This document shows positions 51,453 to 64,000 of a stretch of DNA of 64,000 bases, piece after piece. The stretch lies in NCBI RefSeq assembly GCF_006345805.1, contig NC_043025.1, positions 2,294,001 through 2,358,000 of the forward strand. The letters are read 5' to 3'. The stretch's first letter is position 1; each line of letters opens with the position of its first letter. A program made the translations under genes and the position numbers. The stretch comes from Octopus sinensis (taxonomy: Eukaryota). Under the pieces are notes generated by a model that saw only the letters and a list, made by a program, of their open reading frames with translations, did not search any database and had not been told where the DNA came from.

Positions 51453-53030
51453 CGCAAAAATCAACGTCGTCATCACCAATTCATCGAAGCCTTTCTCGTC
51501 GTTCTCGATAATCATCATCATCATTATACCACGAATCCTCCTCACCGTCCTTATTACAACATTTACCATCAACGTCGCCATCCTCCTCCCCCTCATCATC
51601 ATCATCAACATCATCTCGGCCATTTTCTCCTTCACCGTCCTCTTTTTATTAATATGATTCTAAAGATACAAGATTTAATATTTTATCAGAAATCTTTTTA
51701 ATACTCTTTCTTTTGAACTGTGTGTTATGTTTCAGATCTCTCAGTAACAATATAATCACAACCATCCAACAAGGATCCTTTCGAAATCTTCAAAGTTTAC
51801 AGAAAATGTAAGTTGCTTAAGTTTTTTGATATTATTTTATTTACGAAATTTTTCTAGGGATTCCATGTCTTTTCATCTTTCTTTTTCTCTCTTTATCTCT
51901 AACGCATATTCCGCTACCATATTCGTGTGTATGAAAGTATCTGCAATTGTTGGTGTCTGTATGCGTCAGCATCGATATCTAATATTTTGTGTATGAGTGT
52001 ACGATTGAATGAGAATATGTATGTTTGTATTCGTGTCTACAGGTGGGTATATTATGAAATACATATTTATGCAGAGTCCGTTTGGAAAATCTATATACAC
52101 TTCAAGAAAAGATAAGAACGTATAGAAATATATTCATTCTCAATTTTTTTGAGATTCTGCTTCATTGATATGAATTATTTTAAACTCTACAATTACAAGA
52201 GGGGCTGAAGTTGGTAGTCGTCATTTTCTATTTGAACAGTGAGCTACAGCTGGGGCAATTTGGTCAAACTGTCCATTGTGATGGCTGCTTATGCCGTTTC
52301 AATTTCTTTAGGAAGGATGTTAGAGTAGTCAGTCGTCCACAATATAAGACAATGTTTGGTGTGTCCCTCGTACTTTTGTGTGTATGTGTAATGATATTAC
52401 TTACGTTGATATATTTTTATTGTCATTTCTATCCTCATTCGCAATTGTCAAATTGTTTTGCTTGTCCATCTTGTCTGTTTTCTTGCTACTATCTTTTCTT
52501 CATCATCGACTTCCTCGTTGTTACTGATTTTGTTGTTATTGTTGTTGTTGGTGTTATTGTTGTTGTTCTTCTTAACATAACGAAATACATTATAATCGAA
52601 CCGAGTGAAACCGAGTTTATTGAGCGAGGTGCTTTTTGAAACGTCAACTGACGAAAAACATCTGCACAGAAAGATGCACCGCGGACAATGGACCATTATC
52701 TCATCCGTGAGTGGCCGATTGAAGACGGGCTGAAACGGCCGTAGTGATTGACGAATCTTGTAAAATCAATTTTCCATTTCCCTCATGTGTGAGTATGTGT
52801 GTGTGTATGTGTGAGTATAAGCTTAGACGTTGGTATGGCTGTGTGATAGCAGTTTTGTTTCTGTATTCTGTCCCTCTGCGTGTACTCTGGTCTTCAACCG
52901 AACAAACCCGTGTATGTTAGTTAATTGGTTACAGGGTAACTTAGAAACTTGTCGTATATATACAAAGTGGTATCATAAAGTTCCCGGCCGAGTTACGTTT
53001 AATAAAAGTAACTTATACTACCTGAGTTAT
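51453..53030. repeat. Duplicated block C, copy 2 (plus mariner end)
   Basis: Reverse complement of ~22030-23745. Confidence 0.9.
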
Positions 53031-53085
53031 AACTTCATTTCCTTCGGAAAAGTCGACTTGCGAAATAAAACACAAATATGAAACG

Positions 53086-54730
53086 TTTTCCTTTCTTTTT
53101 TTCCTTTTTTTCACCGTTAACGTCACATATACGGCTCCAGTTCTAACAGATCAATTTCTGGGGGCAACACGTTGTACTCCATCAACGCTCTGGCCGGGTC
53201 AATTCAATCCCCGCACTATCTCTAAGTTTATTATAGGTTTCCCTATCGACCACAATGACCTTCACACTCTCTTGGTTCACGTCATTGGACAACTTTACCC
53301 TTATGAACTTTACGATTTGTTTCTCCACTTCCTTGTTCTTAGAATACATCACAAAATTCCATTTGTTCTTACCCCTTTTCGGTCTTCTCCTTTCTTCTTT
53401 TACTACTTTTCTTATTACAGGTTCCTCTATACTCTTCCCTGAATCTGAGACCTTCTCTTTCTCTGTCTTCAGTTTCTCCATCTCACTCTCTTGTAGTTGA
53501 GTTCTTGAATCTTCCGTCAATTCACCTGTCATCTTCATACTTACTTCCTCCTTCTCTGACTCATTGTCACACACCTTCTTAATTATTTTTTCACTTTCCT
53601 TTTCCGCCTCACTTTTATCATCTTTCTTTCTCGTTATCTCTTTCTTTCCCACCTCTTCTTTCTTCTTTTTCTGGTTAGTCTGTGGCGGGCTTACCCTACC
53701 GCTCCTCCTTTTTCTTTCCACTAGCTTGGAATCTTCTTCCGCTGTTTTCTCATTATTCTCTACTGTCAATGCCTGCTCGACACCCTCTTCAGTCTCTCTC
53801 TGCTCCCTCCGTGGACATCTCGCCTTCATGTGTCCCTCCTTGCCACACTCGAAACACACAAGCGGCCTGCCTTCCACCTTCACTCCCAGTGCAACACTAT
53901 CTCCTCTGCCATTCCGTTCAAGTCCTCCACTTTAGCCTGGATTGTTAGTTCCAACCCACAGCCCCAGCAGCTTGTTTGCTCTGGTGGCCCTCAATATTCC
54001 AGCCTCATCCTCCATGTTGTACACAATGGCCGTCATCAGCCATGCCTCCTCCAGCTCAGGGGGCATCTGGCTCACCCAAACCCTCACCACACGTCCGCCG
54101 CAACAGGATGGCAGAAGAATCCATTCTTCTGAGCGGTCCACCTCCGTAGCATGCCTCATCGCTTCCTCCTCCGATGTGAAACTCACATCCACAGTTGCAT
54201 ACTCCCTGCATCCTGTTCCGAAGGTTATCATCCTTTCATGCCTTCCAACATCCTCTCGATCCCCTCCACAGTTGCTATCTCGATCCTTCCTGTAGCGACC
54301 CTCACAGTCCTGTATGTCACTGTCTTCCTCATAACACTGTTCACTAGCTCCTCGGGTGGTGTCAATTTCATCTCGCCTTCCCCCCTCAGCAGCCTCTCGC
54401 CAGCCTTCATCCTCCTGGCCTCGACCTCTACTTTAAAAGTCTCCAATGCTTCTCTCCCCGCTTCTCCTCCAGTAGCCCCCGCTGGCGCCTTCTCCATTTT
54501 CCGCAATGGGAAAAATCAACTCAACAAAACTTTAACGATATTAACAACGGTATCAACAACAGCAACAATCAACAATAAATTCACGTTCCACTCACAAATA
54601 CAACTCAACTTCAACAACTCGACCTCAAAACAACACCTATCAACTACAAACTTCTCTACTCAACTCGACTCTACTTCGACGTCTAGACTTCTCCCTCTAT
54701 ATCTACGTATTGAGCTAGCCTACTTCATCG
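53086..54730 (-). mobile_element. L1/Tx1 ORF1-containing element with no ORF2 visible
   Basis: ORFs 54228-54506, 53932-54231 and 53182-53883 tile a gag-like ORF1 with CFECGKEGHMKARC and a charged tail. An A-rich tract lies ~70 nt after the stop. Confidence 0.8.
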
Positions 54731-54899
54731 TCTGGGGGCGTCCACACAACACAAGTAAAAGAGAGAATATTGCTACATACATACATACTTGCATATATAC
54801 ATATATACCTAATGAAGAATCAGAGAATGGTTTCGGCGGCTTTCTTTATTCTATATCAATGCAATTGTGTCTACACATCACATCCGTAGTTCTTGATGA

Positions 54900-56045
54900 G
54901 ACGATATAATTTACATCGTTTGTCATCACTACAGTTCCTTAAACGTGGAACGTAGGACTTATTGAAATACTCACCTGAAAAGCATATTTTACACCTCTGA
55001 TAGATGGTAAGCATTACATAATTTATTAATTACATCATCTGAACCATGTACAATGGTTGTGAAATCATGTAGTAACAATTGTAGTTTTATGGAATAAAGA
55101 ATATCGTTTAATTCATTCCCTCTTATTCACCTCTGTTCAAACACGAAAGTGAAAAATGAGAGAAACATAATTTCTCCACAAAGAAAAAACAAACGAGATA
55201 CAACAACAGATATTCAAAACGCTTTAGTAGCAGTTTTCCACGCGGGTTTCGAAATCGCAAATCCGAATCGCCACACAATATCACCATACACATACCAGTT
55301 GCTGACGTCACCTAACTCCAGAACAATGAAATTTGACTTACAATCAAAATCGAACTTCAGCGAATACAACAAAATTACCCTTTATGAGAATCAAGCAACT
55401 GGAATGGCTGATGACCGTTCCCCACAGGTAAGCCAACCAGGCAGAATGAAAATCTTGACCACCAGAAAAATAAGACATCAACAAATATCAGATCCTTCAC
55501 GGAAAAAATCGTAAATACACCGGATTCTGTAAAACGCCTTCACAAGCAAAAGACCTGTACACGTCGGTAAGAGAATCACAGAAACTGTAAACAAAAACCC
55601 TTTTTTCACTATCTTCATTTCTCCCTTGTTTTTCTCCCTCTTAACTCAGTATGGCCGAAACTTTGATACCCCACGTTTCTTATCGATCACTACTAACACT
55701 ATTGAATGTTGTGCATTTCAGCAAAATGATCCACATTTTTTATATATTATTGAAACTTATGAACATTTAAAATCATACTTCATTTCACCGAAACTTATAA
55801 ACATAAAAACATGTTTTTCTAATTCATAATTTTAAATTTTTACCATTCATAAACAAAAAATATTGTTGAAACTAGTTTGGTATGTATATTTATTTATTTA
55901 TTTTATTTTATTTTATCTAGTTTCAGCTCACGAGCTGTGGCCATGCTGGGGCACCACCGTTTAGTATAAATATATTTATTTAAAAACAATTACATGTTTT
56001 TTCAAATTTAGACGCGTTTTCAACAACAAATTTTCCTATATACTT
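54900..56045. repeat. Duplicated block B, copy 2
   Basis: Reverse complement of 18880-20250 without the 19.8-kb SINE. Confidence 0.85.
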
Positions 56046-56084
56046 TTCTGCATGGAAATACAACGCCTCTTTTGTTATACTCTT

Positions 56085-56306
56085 TTCTCTGTTACCCTTT
56101 TACTTGTTTCAGTCATTTGACAGCGGCCATGCTGGTGCACCGCTTTTAATCGAGCAACTCGACCCCGGGACTTATTCTTTTGTAAGCCCAGTACTTATTC
56201 TAACGGTTTCTTTCGCCGAACCGCTAAGTGAGGGGACGTAAAAACACCAGTATCGGTTGTCAAGCAATGCTAGGGGGACAAACACAGACAAACAAACACG
56301 CACACG

Positions 56307-56346
<40 letters not shown>

Positions 56347-56490
56347 AATATACATATATACGATTGGCTTCTTTCAGTTTCCGTGTCCCAAATCCACTCA
56401 CAAGGCTTTGGTCGGCCCGAGGCTATAGTAGAAGACACTTGCCCAAGGTGCCACGCAGTGGGTCTGAACTCGGAACCATGTGGTTGGTAA
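56085..56490 (-). mobile_element. SINE (head truncated)
   Basis: Shares its body with 41000-41347 and 20270-20370. Confidence 0.8.
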
Positions 56491-56494
56491 ACAA

Positions 56495-57990
56495 GGCACC
56501 TCCTAAGCGTGACCTAGACAATTTCGAGCAACATCTTGAACATCAAATTTAAACGTAGAAAAATAACAATCAAACCCCACCTAACTAAAATCAATAATAT
56601 CATCAAGAGTCTTCAAAAATACTCTGAAATTCTCTTCCAAGCCGTCAAACCCGGCAATCTTTATAATGCTCCTCTAGATAAATACCGAGAGCTAATACAC
56701 AAATAACTACATAAATGATACCGTTTTGTACCAGTGTCCGTTCTAAAAGACATTTACATCAAGAATCGTGATCTCGTTTTTAAACGCGCATTAGAAGATA
56801 GGACCGGACGTTCCTTAACTCGCTCACTTCATATTAACGTAGAAGACCATAAAATAAAATCTGCCGAGAACCCTTCTGGTCGCCTCATTTGCCCCTTCAG
56901 TTCAGATATAGGTAAGATGAGCAAGATTTCATCAGACAGGATTATACCCCCAACTACACCTATGGACTGAAATTACTCAAGCCGTCCAGTCGTTTAATTC
57001 CTAAAGCCCTAAACATACTTTTAAATTCATCCAGATCGACATAGACCAAATTACTCTAGTGTATCCCCTATCCTTCTCAACAAAGTCCTCATTTTTGCAA
57101 TGATACAATCTAACTTCTCTTGTGACGATATTGATATCATCTTGGCCGCCCGTCGACATTTGATAAAACTGAGTAATTCTAGGCCAATAGAGACATTCGG
57201 GATTCTCGCAACCGCGGAATCGAACAGATTAGAAAAAGACTAAGATATCTTTATAAAACGGTGGGCCTCTGCATCACTTTTTGTAGCAGCCTTAAAACTT
57301 CGAATTTCCTAGATGTCACCCTAGATCTACAAAGTCAAATTTTCAACCCATGCCATAAACTTAAGGGGAACCTCCACTACGTCAACTTTTCCTCCATCCA
57401 CAACGCCAGTTGTCCTAAACTCTATCGAAGATATCGTATCAAAACGGATTTCATCACTGTCCGCCAGTAAGGAAATATTCGAACAATACGCTGAATATTA
57501 TAATAGCGTGACGGTCATAAGAATTCGATCGAATATACCCCTATGTGGAACAAGCCTCCCTCAACTAAACTCGGAACCAAGAATACACCCGTCCTCCAGA
57601 TAAAACAAAAAATATCACGCATAACCCATCGTCCTACTAGTCTCCCAAATTTTAAAGTAGTATATGATCTAACAAACAATCTCCCCACTCGGTGACCCTT
57701 GACACTAACACTGTCTCTGCTCGCCGATATCAACACCCGTATGCGCTTTCAAAACCCTTTATTTACTCGGATAAACCTATCAATAGGAATAAGATAACAA
57801 GAACACGTGAAGTTATCTGGTTTCGGTTCTCTAAAACATTCTTTTTTTCCCAACAGAAAAAAAAAACGAGGTATTGAACCCCTCACTATAATTTTTACAA
57901 TTATTGGACTTAATATTCCATAACAAATAATAACATACAATAATATACAATAAAATATTCAATATACAATCAACACTAGTCCATTTACAA
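56495..57990 (+). mobile_element. Second Naiad-type PLE RT remnant, heavily decayed
   Basis: AVKPGNLY, EDHK...NPSGRLICPFSSDIGKMSK, FIQIDI, NFLDVTLDL...LHYVNFSSIH and REVIWF parallel the 13830-17260 element. Confidence 0.75.
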
Positions 57991-58006
57991 GTGAGGCACT
58001 GAGCTT

Positions 58007-61000
58007 CTTACACATTATAACACTGAGGTTTTTCAACCTCTTGTCAATCCTCATTATCGCTTGTGTACGTGCACTCCACCATATCCCCTGCTTGCTTTAA
58101 AATCAAGGTATGCTCCGAGTTGGCGTCACCCGGCCACGAGCGATATTCCTCCTTTAGTCCCCCCCAGCCTATGTAACATGCGCAACGTTATGAACTCCAC
58201 AGCTATCTGCGGAGGCCATTCGGGTTACCGTGCGAAGGCCAAAGGTACACCCTTGTAGTGTTCTTCCACCACCTTTTCCACCACTCCCCCTCTATAACAG
58301 AAGGCCAGCAGGTCTTCCTCCTCCGGGTCCGAGATAGTAAATTCTATCGTTGGCGGCACAATTCTTACCAATTGTGTCTAACCCAACCCTCACCGATGGG
58401 GCATGATGTCTCCGACTGTCGGCAATATCCCGTTTCTCCTCTTCTTTTTTCTTCTTGACTGTGGGAGGGTGCGTCCCCTCCGTGACCGGGACATGTGCTT
58501 CCCTTCCCTCATTCCCAGAATCCTTCGGTGATTACCCATTATTACTCACCTTCTTCCATTTGCGGATCTTCTTTGAGGCATCCTCTGTCTCCTCGGCCGC
58601 CTTCATTCCTTCTTCTACAGAGGTCTCCGTCAACCGCTCCAGGATTTTGCTTTGCCGTTGAGGACAGTTCTTTTTTATATGGCCAGGTTGCAAGCACCGA
58701 TGCCATTTGGGGGAGGGGGGCTCCCTCAAGCATCACCGGATACTTCGACCCGCCTATTCTTAAAAAGTCTGGAAATACCAGACTTTCGGCTGACAGGATC
58801 TAGAGGGTCAAAACAGCTTTTGACCCCTTCAAGTCAGCCGTAGGCAGAATATTTACATTGAAGAGCTTGGTGCTACTACCACCCAGACCCCGGCGGATAG
58901 TATCTCCTATCCACTCGAGCTCAACTCCGAGTGGCAAGCCGCAAACCCAAGCCCTCATCAACTTCTTCCAACAATATGTGGGAAGAAACAAAATTTCATT
59001 GCTTTCCAGGAGCTGGCTCGCAAATTCACAATCCATTTCTGGGGAGTCAAACATCAACCACACGGTTGCATATTTGACCCTCCGAGTGATAAACTTAATA
59101 GCTGGCTTAAATTCTGCCATCTCTCTTTCGATTATATTTTTTGAAAACGGCAATGGCGTCGAGGATCCTAGAGTAGGTCCTCAAAACCACCGTCTTACTT
59201 TCAAGTTCTTTTAATCATCTTTTGGGTGGTATAAATTCCCACTCCACCAACATTCCATTGTTCTTTGCCATGTTTCTTTTAAAAAAAGTCCAAAAAACAC
59301 CTCATAAAATACAAAATAATTAAGGAAAAAGAAGGAAGAGAAAAAAGTCTAAACAAAAAGGAAGGAGAAAAAATTAACAGTTCAATAAAGAGTCTTTTTT
59401 AAATAAAAGAGAGACGAAGAGAGAGAAACAGTTCAAAACACAGCAATGGCCACTCGGTACTCCAGGCCAAAATTTTAACGCAAATCATTCCAATTTTCTT
59501 CTCATAGGTAATCCTTAACAGGAACAATATTGTTGAAATCTTTTCTAAAAATTCGCAGAGTTATTCCTGGACAAACACTATTTTCAAACAAAATTTTGCG
59601 GCAGGATACGCCCTCAAAAACAATAATTTTCCCAGTTAAGTGAAAAAATATTCACTCAGCTACAGGTAGACTAGAATCCAATGAGGACTTCTTGTTTGTA
59701 AAAATAATTGCGGCAGACAACAGGCCCCCACTAGACCCCCAAAAAAGTTTTACCTTACAGCTGAGTTTCAAAAATCTTCAATTTAAGACGGCTTCAAAAA
59801 CACGTCTTTACAGCTTCAGTATCAAACACAACTCTGATTCGCACATGCTCAATGAGGTAAGCAAGCTACTTACCACAGAGCCACTGCTGCACTCGTTCTG
59901 GTGATGATATTCAAATTTTATTTTTCACCTCAACGTTTGAAATGATGGCAGGAAGGTCTTTAAAAATTGTGTGAACGTTTTGATTTTTTTCGAATCCCCA
60001 ATCCCAATCGGTAACGATTTTGGCCAATGCTTTTGAACGACGCATTAACAAAAGTTTTAACAGAAAAATTTTGGAAATCGGTGATCACCATTATAATCCA
60101 CACATTTTTTCAAAAAAATGTGAAACGTAATTTGAAAACAATGGCGACATTTTAAAATTTTGTTCATTAATATCGCATATTCCCATAACGATGTTAGTTT
60201 CCCAGCAGCTTTTGCATTTTTCGTCCAACTTTAATGGTTTTATAAAATCAATAGACGTTTTGCGTGCAAATACCCATAGGGGTTTTATTTTTGGCCGTAA
60301 ATTTCATGTTTTTCATCCGATTTTAATGAAATATGAATTTTAGATAAATGTTTGGTGGGGGATACGGTAAAAGGTATTTATTTAATTCAAAAGAGCTTGA
60401 AAAGGGCATAAAGGTACATAGGCATTTCCATACAGGCATTTTTAATGATTTTGTAGAAATTTTACATGTGATTACAGTTCATGTCCATTAGTTGACACCA
60501 GCATTAAGAGTTGACAAAAATCGATAACTGCGAGTGAGAGGGAGATTTCAAAAAAACAATGGGCTTTTTGTATGTAATTACCCATAGGATTAGTATTTTA
60601 TGCTGTAACTTTTACACAATTCATCCGATTTTGATGAACTTTGACTTTTAGGTAAGGTTTATGGCCGGAGTCATGTAGTAAAATTAAAATTAAAATGATG
60701 AAAGGCAGAAATCGTCATAATCATTCACAATAAAATAATGAACTGATTCTGAAGAAAATTGACCAGTGTGTAAAATTAAGCACTTCGACATATAAAACGT
60801 CGATTATTTATACAATGTATTGAGATTTAAACGTCAATGGAATATTTTCATGTAAATGGTCAAATGGGATCAATTTTATGACATAACCTTATCACATTTC
60901 TTCGTATTTCGCTGAGAGTGGACACAATGATCAATTTTGTACCGAGAGTGACATTAAGGGAAAAGAATTAAACAGACATCACGCAATGTGTCGACGAACA

Positions 61001-63665
61001 CCCAAACGTTTCAATGCGATTTCAGACGGTCCAGTATGGAGGAGTATGTCCAAAGCGTTAAGCGGGTAAAATCCCTGCCGAATCAGATATAACACCTTAA
61101 TTGGTAACAGTTGGTAGAGGGAATGTAGAAGATTTCAATACAAGGCCAGATGTGGGTTTAACTTCAACACGGAAAATACGAGCAATATATATATATGGAG
61201 GCACATGAGCATATATATATGGAGGCACAAGTTCTAGTGGTTAGAGCAGCAGTCTCGCGCTCGAGAGATCGCGGTTTCGAATCTCAGATTATGCGATGTT
61301 TGTTTATGAGCTGAACACCTCAGCTCCACGCGGCTCCAGCGTAAAGTAATCGTTAACCTCTGCTGACTCTTTCTCCATCACATTCTCTCACTCTTTCCTC
61401 CTGCTTCTCGCAGCTCACCGGCAAAGGTCCGGCTTTCCGTCCCTTATGAGCCAGGCATGGCTCGAGAATGAACAAACAATAATATATATACTATTTATTA
61501 ATCTAATGGACACAGTACATGACTTTAAGTTCAGTTTCATATGTTGAGGGATATCTCAAACATATACACCAGGCACAAACAACATATCATTACGAACTAA
61601 AGAAAAATGAATAAGAGAAGAAACTTGAGAAAACTGAGAATACAGCATATAGAAAATGTAGAAAGTTAAAACAAAAGAAAATGAAAACACAAAAATCTAA
61701 AAATTAAAAAGTAGAAAAGGTGAAAGTGTAATCCTTTTTAGCTCTTAAATTAAAGGGCTGGAAAGTTTGCAAAATGTTAATAAAGAATAGGTAGCGAACT
61801 TAGTAGCTTTGCTTGTGTTCTTATGTCGGAAGGAGCCTACGTGATTGGCATACCGATTTTTAAAATTATTCCTTTTATCTAAGTATGTATGTATATATAA
61901 GTATGTATGTATGTATGTCTCTGTCTCTCTCGCTCTATCTATCTATCTACCCGACGTTTTGGCGGCGAGGTTGGCCCTCGACCAACACTTCAACGTCAAA
62001 CACGAAGGGTGTGTTGTCAGAGCTAAGATGCGTGCTCTAAGGAACGAAGGTGTTAGAGCCGCGAGGGAAGCCCGTGTGGCAGAGGCGCAACAGGGCAACA
62101 AAGCCACAATTCTTTCTCTAGTAGATGAACAGTGGCGCGAATTGCTCGAGCCTAGTAAAATGTGTGTGGACTTCCAACAGCATTTTGCCCGACTGTTCGG
62201 GACGAGTGGCGGGTAAGAACGTATGGTGGACTTCAGTGCCAACCTACACAGCGTACCACGACTCTCGACAAGAGTGGCAGGGCGCAACGAAGGTGCCATC
62301 ACAGCTGCGGAAGTGCAGGACGCGATGGCAGAATGCTCGAGGGACATGACTAGTTTGGAGACGTCTTGGCAGCGGAGTACTGCAACTGGCAGAAAAACGG
62401 GAGCATTCCTGGTTTTGTGATCCGAGGAGACGTAGCACTGCTGAAGAAAGATCTAAACAAGGGGAATGTAATAGATAACTTTAGGCCCATCACTCTGCTT
62501 AATGCAGACTTGAAAATCTTGGCCAAGGTGTTAACGAAGAGGTTGGCGCTTGTCATTGAGAAACTGGTCGACAAGGCGCAAACGTGCGCCGTGCCGGGCC
62601 GGAGCATCCATGACGACCGCCACCTGATGCGCTACATCATAGACAGGGTAGTTAAGGAATCTGGCACGGGTGGGGCGCAGATCAATTTGGATCAATCGAA
62701 AGCTTTCGATAGGGTAGACCATCGATACTTGGAGGCTGTCCTCAGAGCGGTTGGTTTCGCTCCCGTCTTCCGCAGCTGGATAGCTGCTTTGTACACAGGC
62801 ATCCGTACGGTAATTCGCGTAAATGGACTTCTATAGAGACATTGCACGTTATGTCCGTCAGGGATGCCCCGTCTCGTCGCTTCTGAACGCATTGACTCTC
62901 GAGCCATTATTACGGAAGCTGCCAACTATGAGGGTCATCCCACGAGAATTGGGATTCGTGACGAGCGTGTCTGCATACGCGGACGACGACACCGTCATAG
63001 TGTCTAGCCACGAGCACATCGAGCATGTCGGCAAGACACTGAAAGACGACGTAGCGGTGACAGGAGCGAAAATCAACCGGGAAAAATCAGTGGGCTTGCG
63101 ACTCGGCACCTAGAGAAGCAAGCCCATGCAGTCCACCAGCACCTCCGTCGTGGGACGCTGGACCGACGGTCCGGTCGAGTTTCTCAGGGTCTGGTTTGGT
63201 GCGGACCTCCAGTGGAGAAGAAATGGAGCGAGATATTGAGTAGGGTGGTCAGTGTCGCCAGGCAATGGGCCGAGAGGAAACTCTCCCTAAAAGGTCGGGC
63301 GGAGGTGGCGAACTCGTACATCACGTACGTCATCTACTACCGCCTGACCGTCGTACCTTGTCCCGCATTCTCTTTCGTTTCTTGTGGAAAGGATGCGTCC
63401 CGATGTAAAGCGATACATTTGCTGTCAACACCCGTTAAAATAAGGACTGGGCATGCCGTGGTTGATGATGCGCAGATACGCTCTGAGATTACGATATCTC
63501 AGGCTCTACGTAGACGACGGTGAACAGGTGTGGTCGCCGTTTGTGAGGCACGCTTTTCCGCAACTCGCCTCCATGACCGAACTGCAGTCGTGGATCAAAA
63601 AGGGGCCGAGAAAGGACGAATGGCACCGTGAGTTTCGCGTTACTGTCAAGCAACTATTCCGTCCC
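58007..63665. repeat. Segmental duplication block E, copy 2 (includes L1/Tx1 ORF2 fragment 61950-63665 +)
   Basis: Reverse complement of 33639-39420. ORFs 62366-62836 and 62823-63113 carry LDQSKAFDRVD, VRQGCP and SAYADD. Confidence 0.95.
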
Positions 63666-64000
63666 TATCTATCTATTATTAACAATAACAGGGTAATAAA
63701 AAGCTTAGAAGTTTTACTACCAGTCGCCTAACGTGTAAAAAAATTGTCAATAGCCTATATATTAAATATATAAATGCAGCGTACATTTAAACACATAAGA
63801 CGTATTCGTCTTATGTTTTTAAACACATTTAAACATATCTAAACACATAAGAGTTATCACATAAGAGGCGTTGTTGGATTGCCTCATGCTTATATGTTTT
63901 AATCTAGGCGTACATGCTGATGAGGACTTCGCCTAGCAAATAATTTTATTTCCTACAAAAATGTATGAATCCGTTGTCTAGGAGATAGAGTTAAGTGTTT

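Overview
AT-rich, microsatellite-rich eukaryotic DNA. The tRNA-derived SINE families resemble those of octopod cephalopods (inference). No intact host protein-coding gene is visible, and most ORF-track entries are microsatellite translations. The window is a nest of decayed transposons: an RTE/BovB LINE, a HERO-like RLE non-LTR element, several L1/Tx1 pieces, two Naiad-type Penelope-like elements (PLEs), a Helitron interrupted by a Gypsy LTR element, a mariner fragment and many SINEs. Two structures stand out. (1) About ten type-I hammerhead ribozyme motifs, including U3-A8 core variants, sit in palindromic PLE remnants inserted in (TA)n tracts and in a 438-bp terminally repeated, retrozyme-like unit at ~46 kb. 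(2) A mosaic of segmental duplications pairs blocks left of the 100-N gap (40430-40529) with inverted copies right of it, including an unexplained ~3-kb complex sequence and a conserved promoter/micro-exon-like block. Boundaries and identities were read by eye and are approximate.
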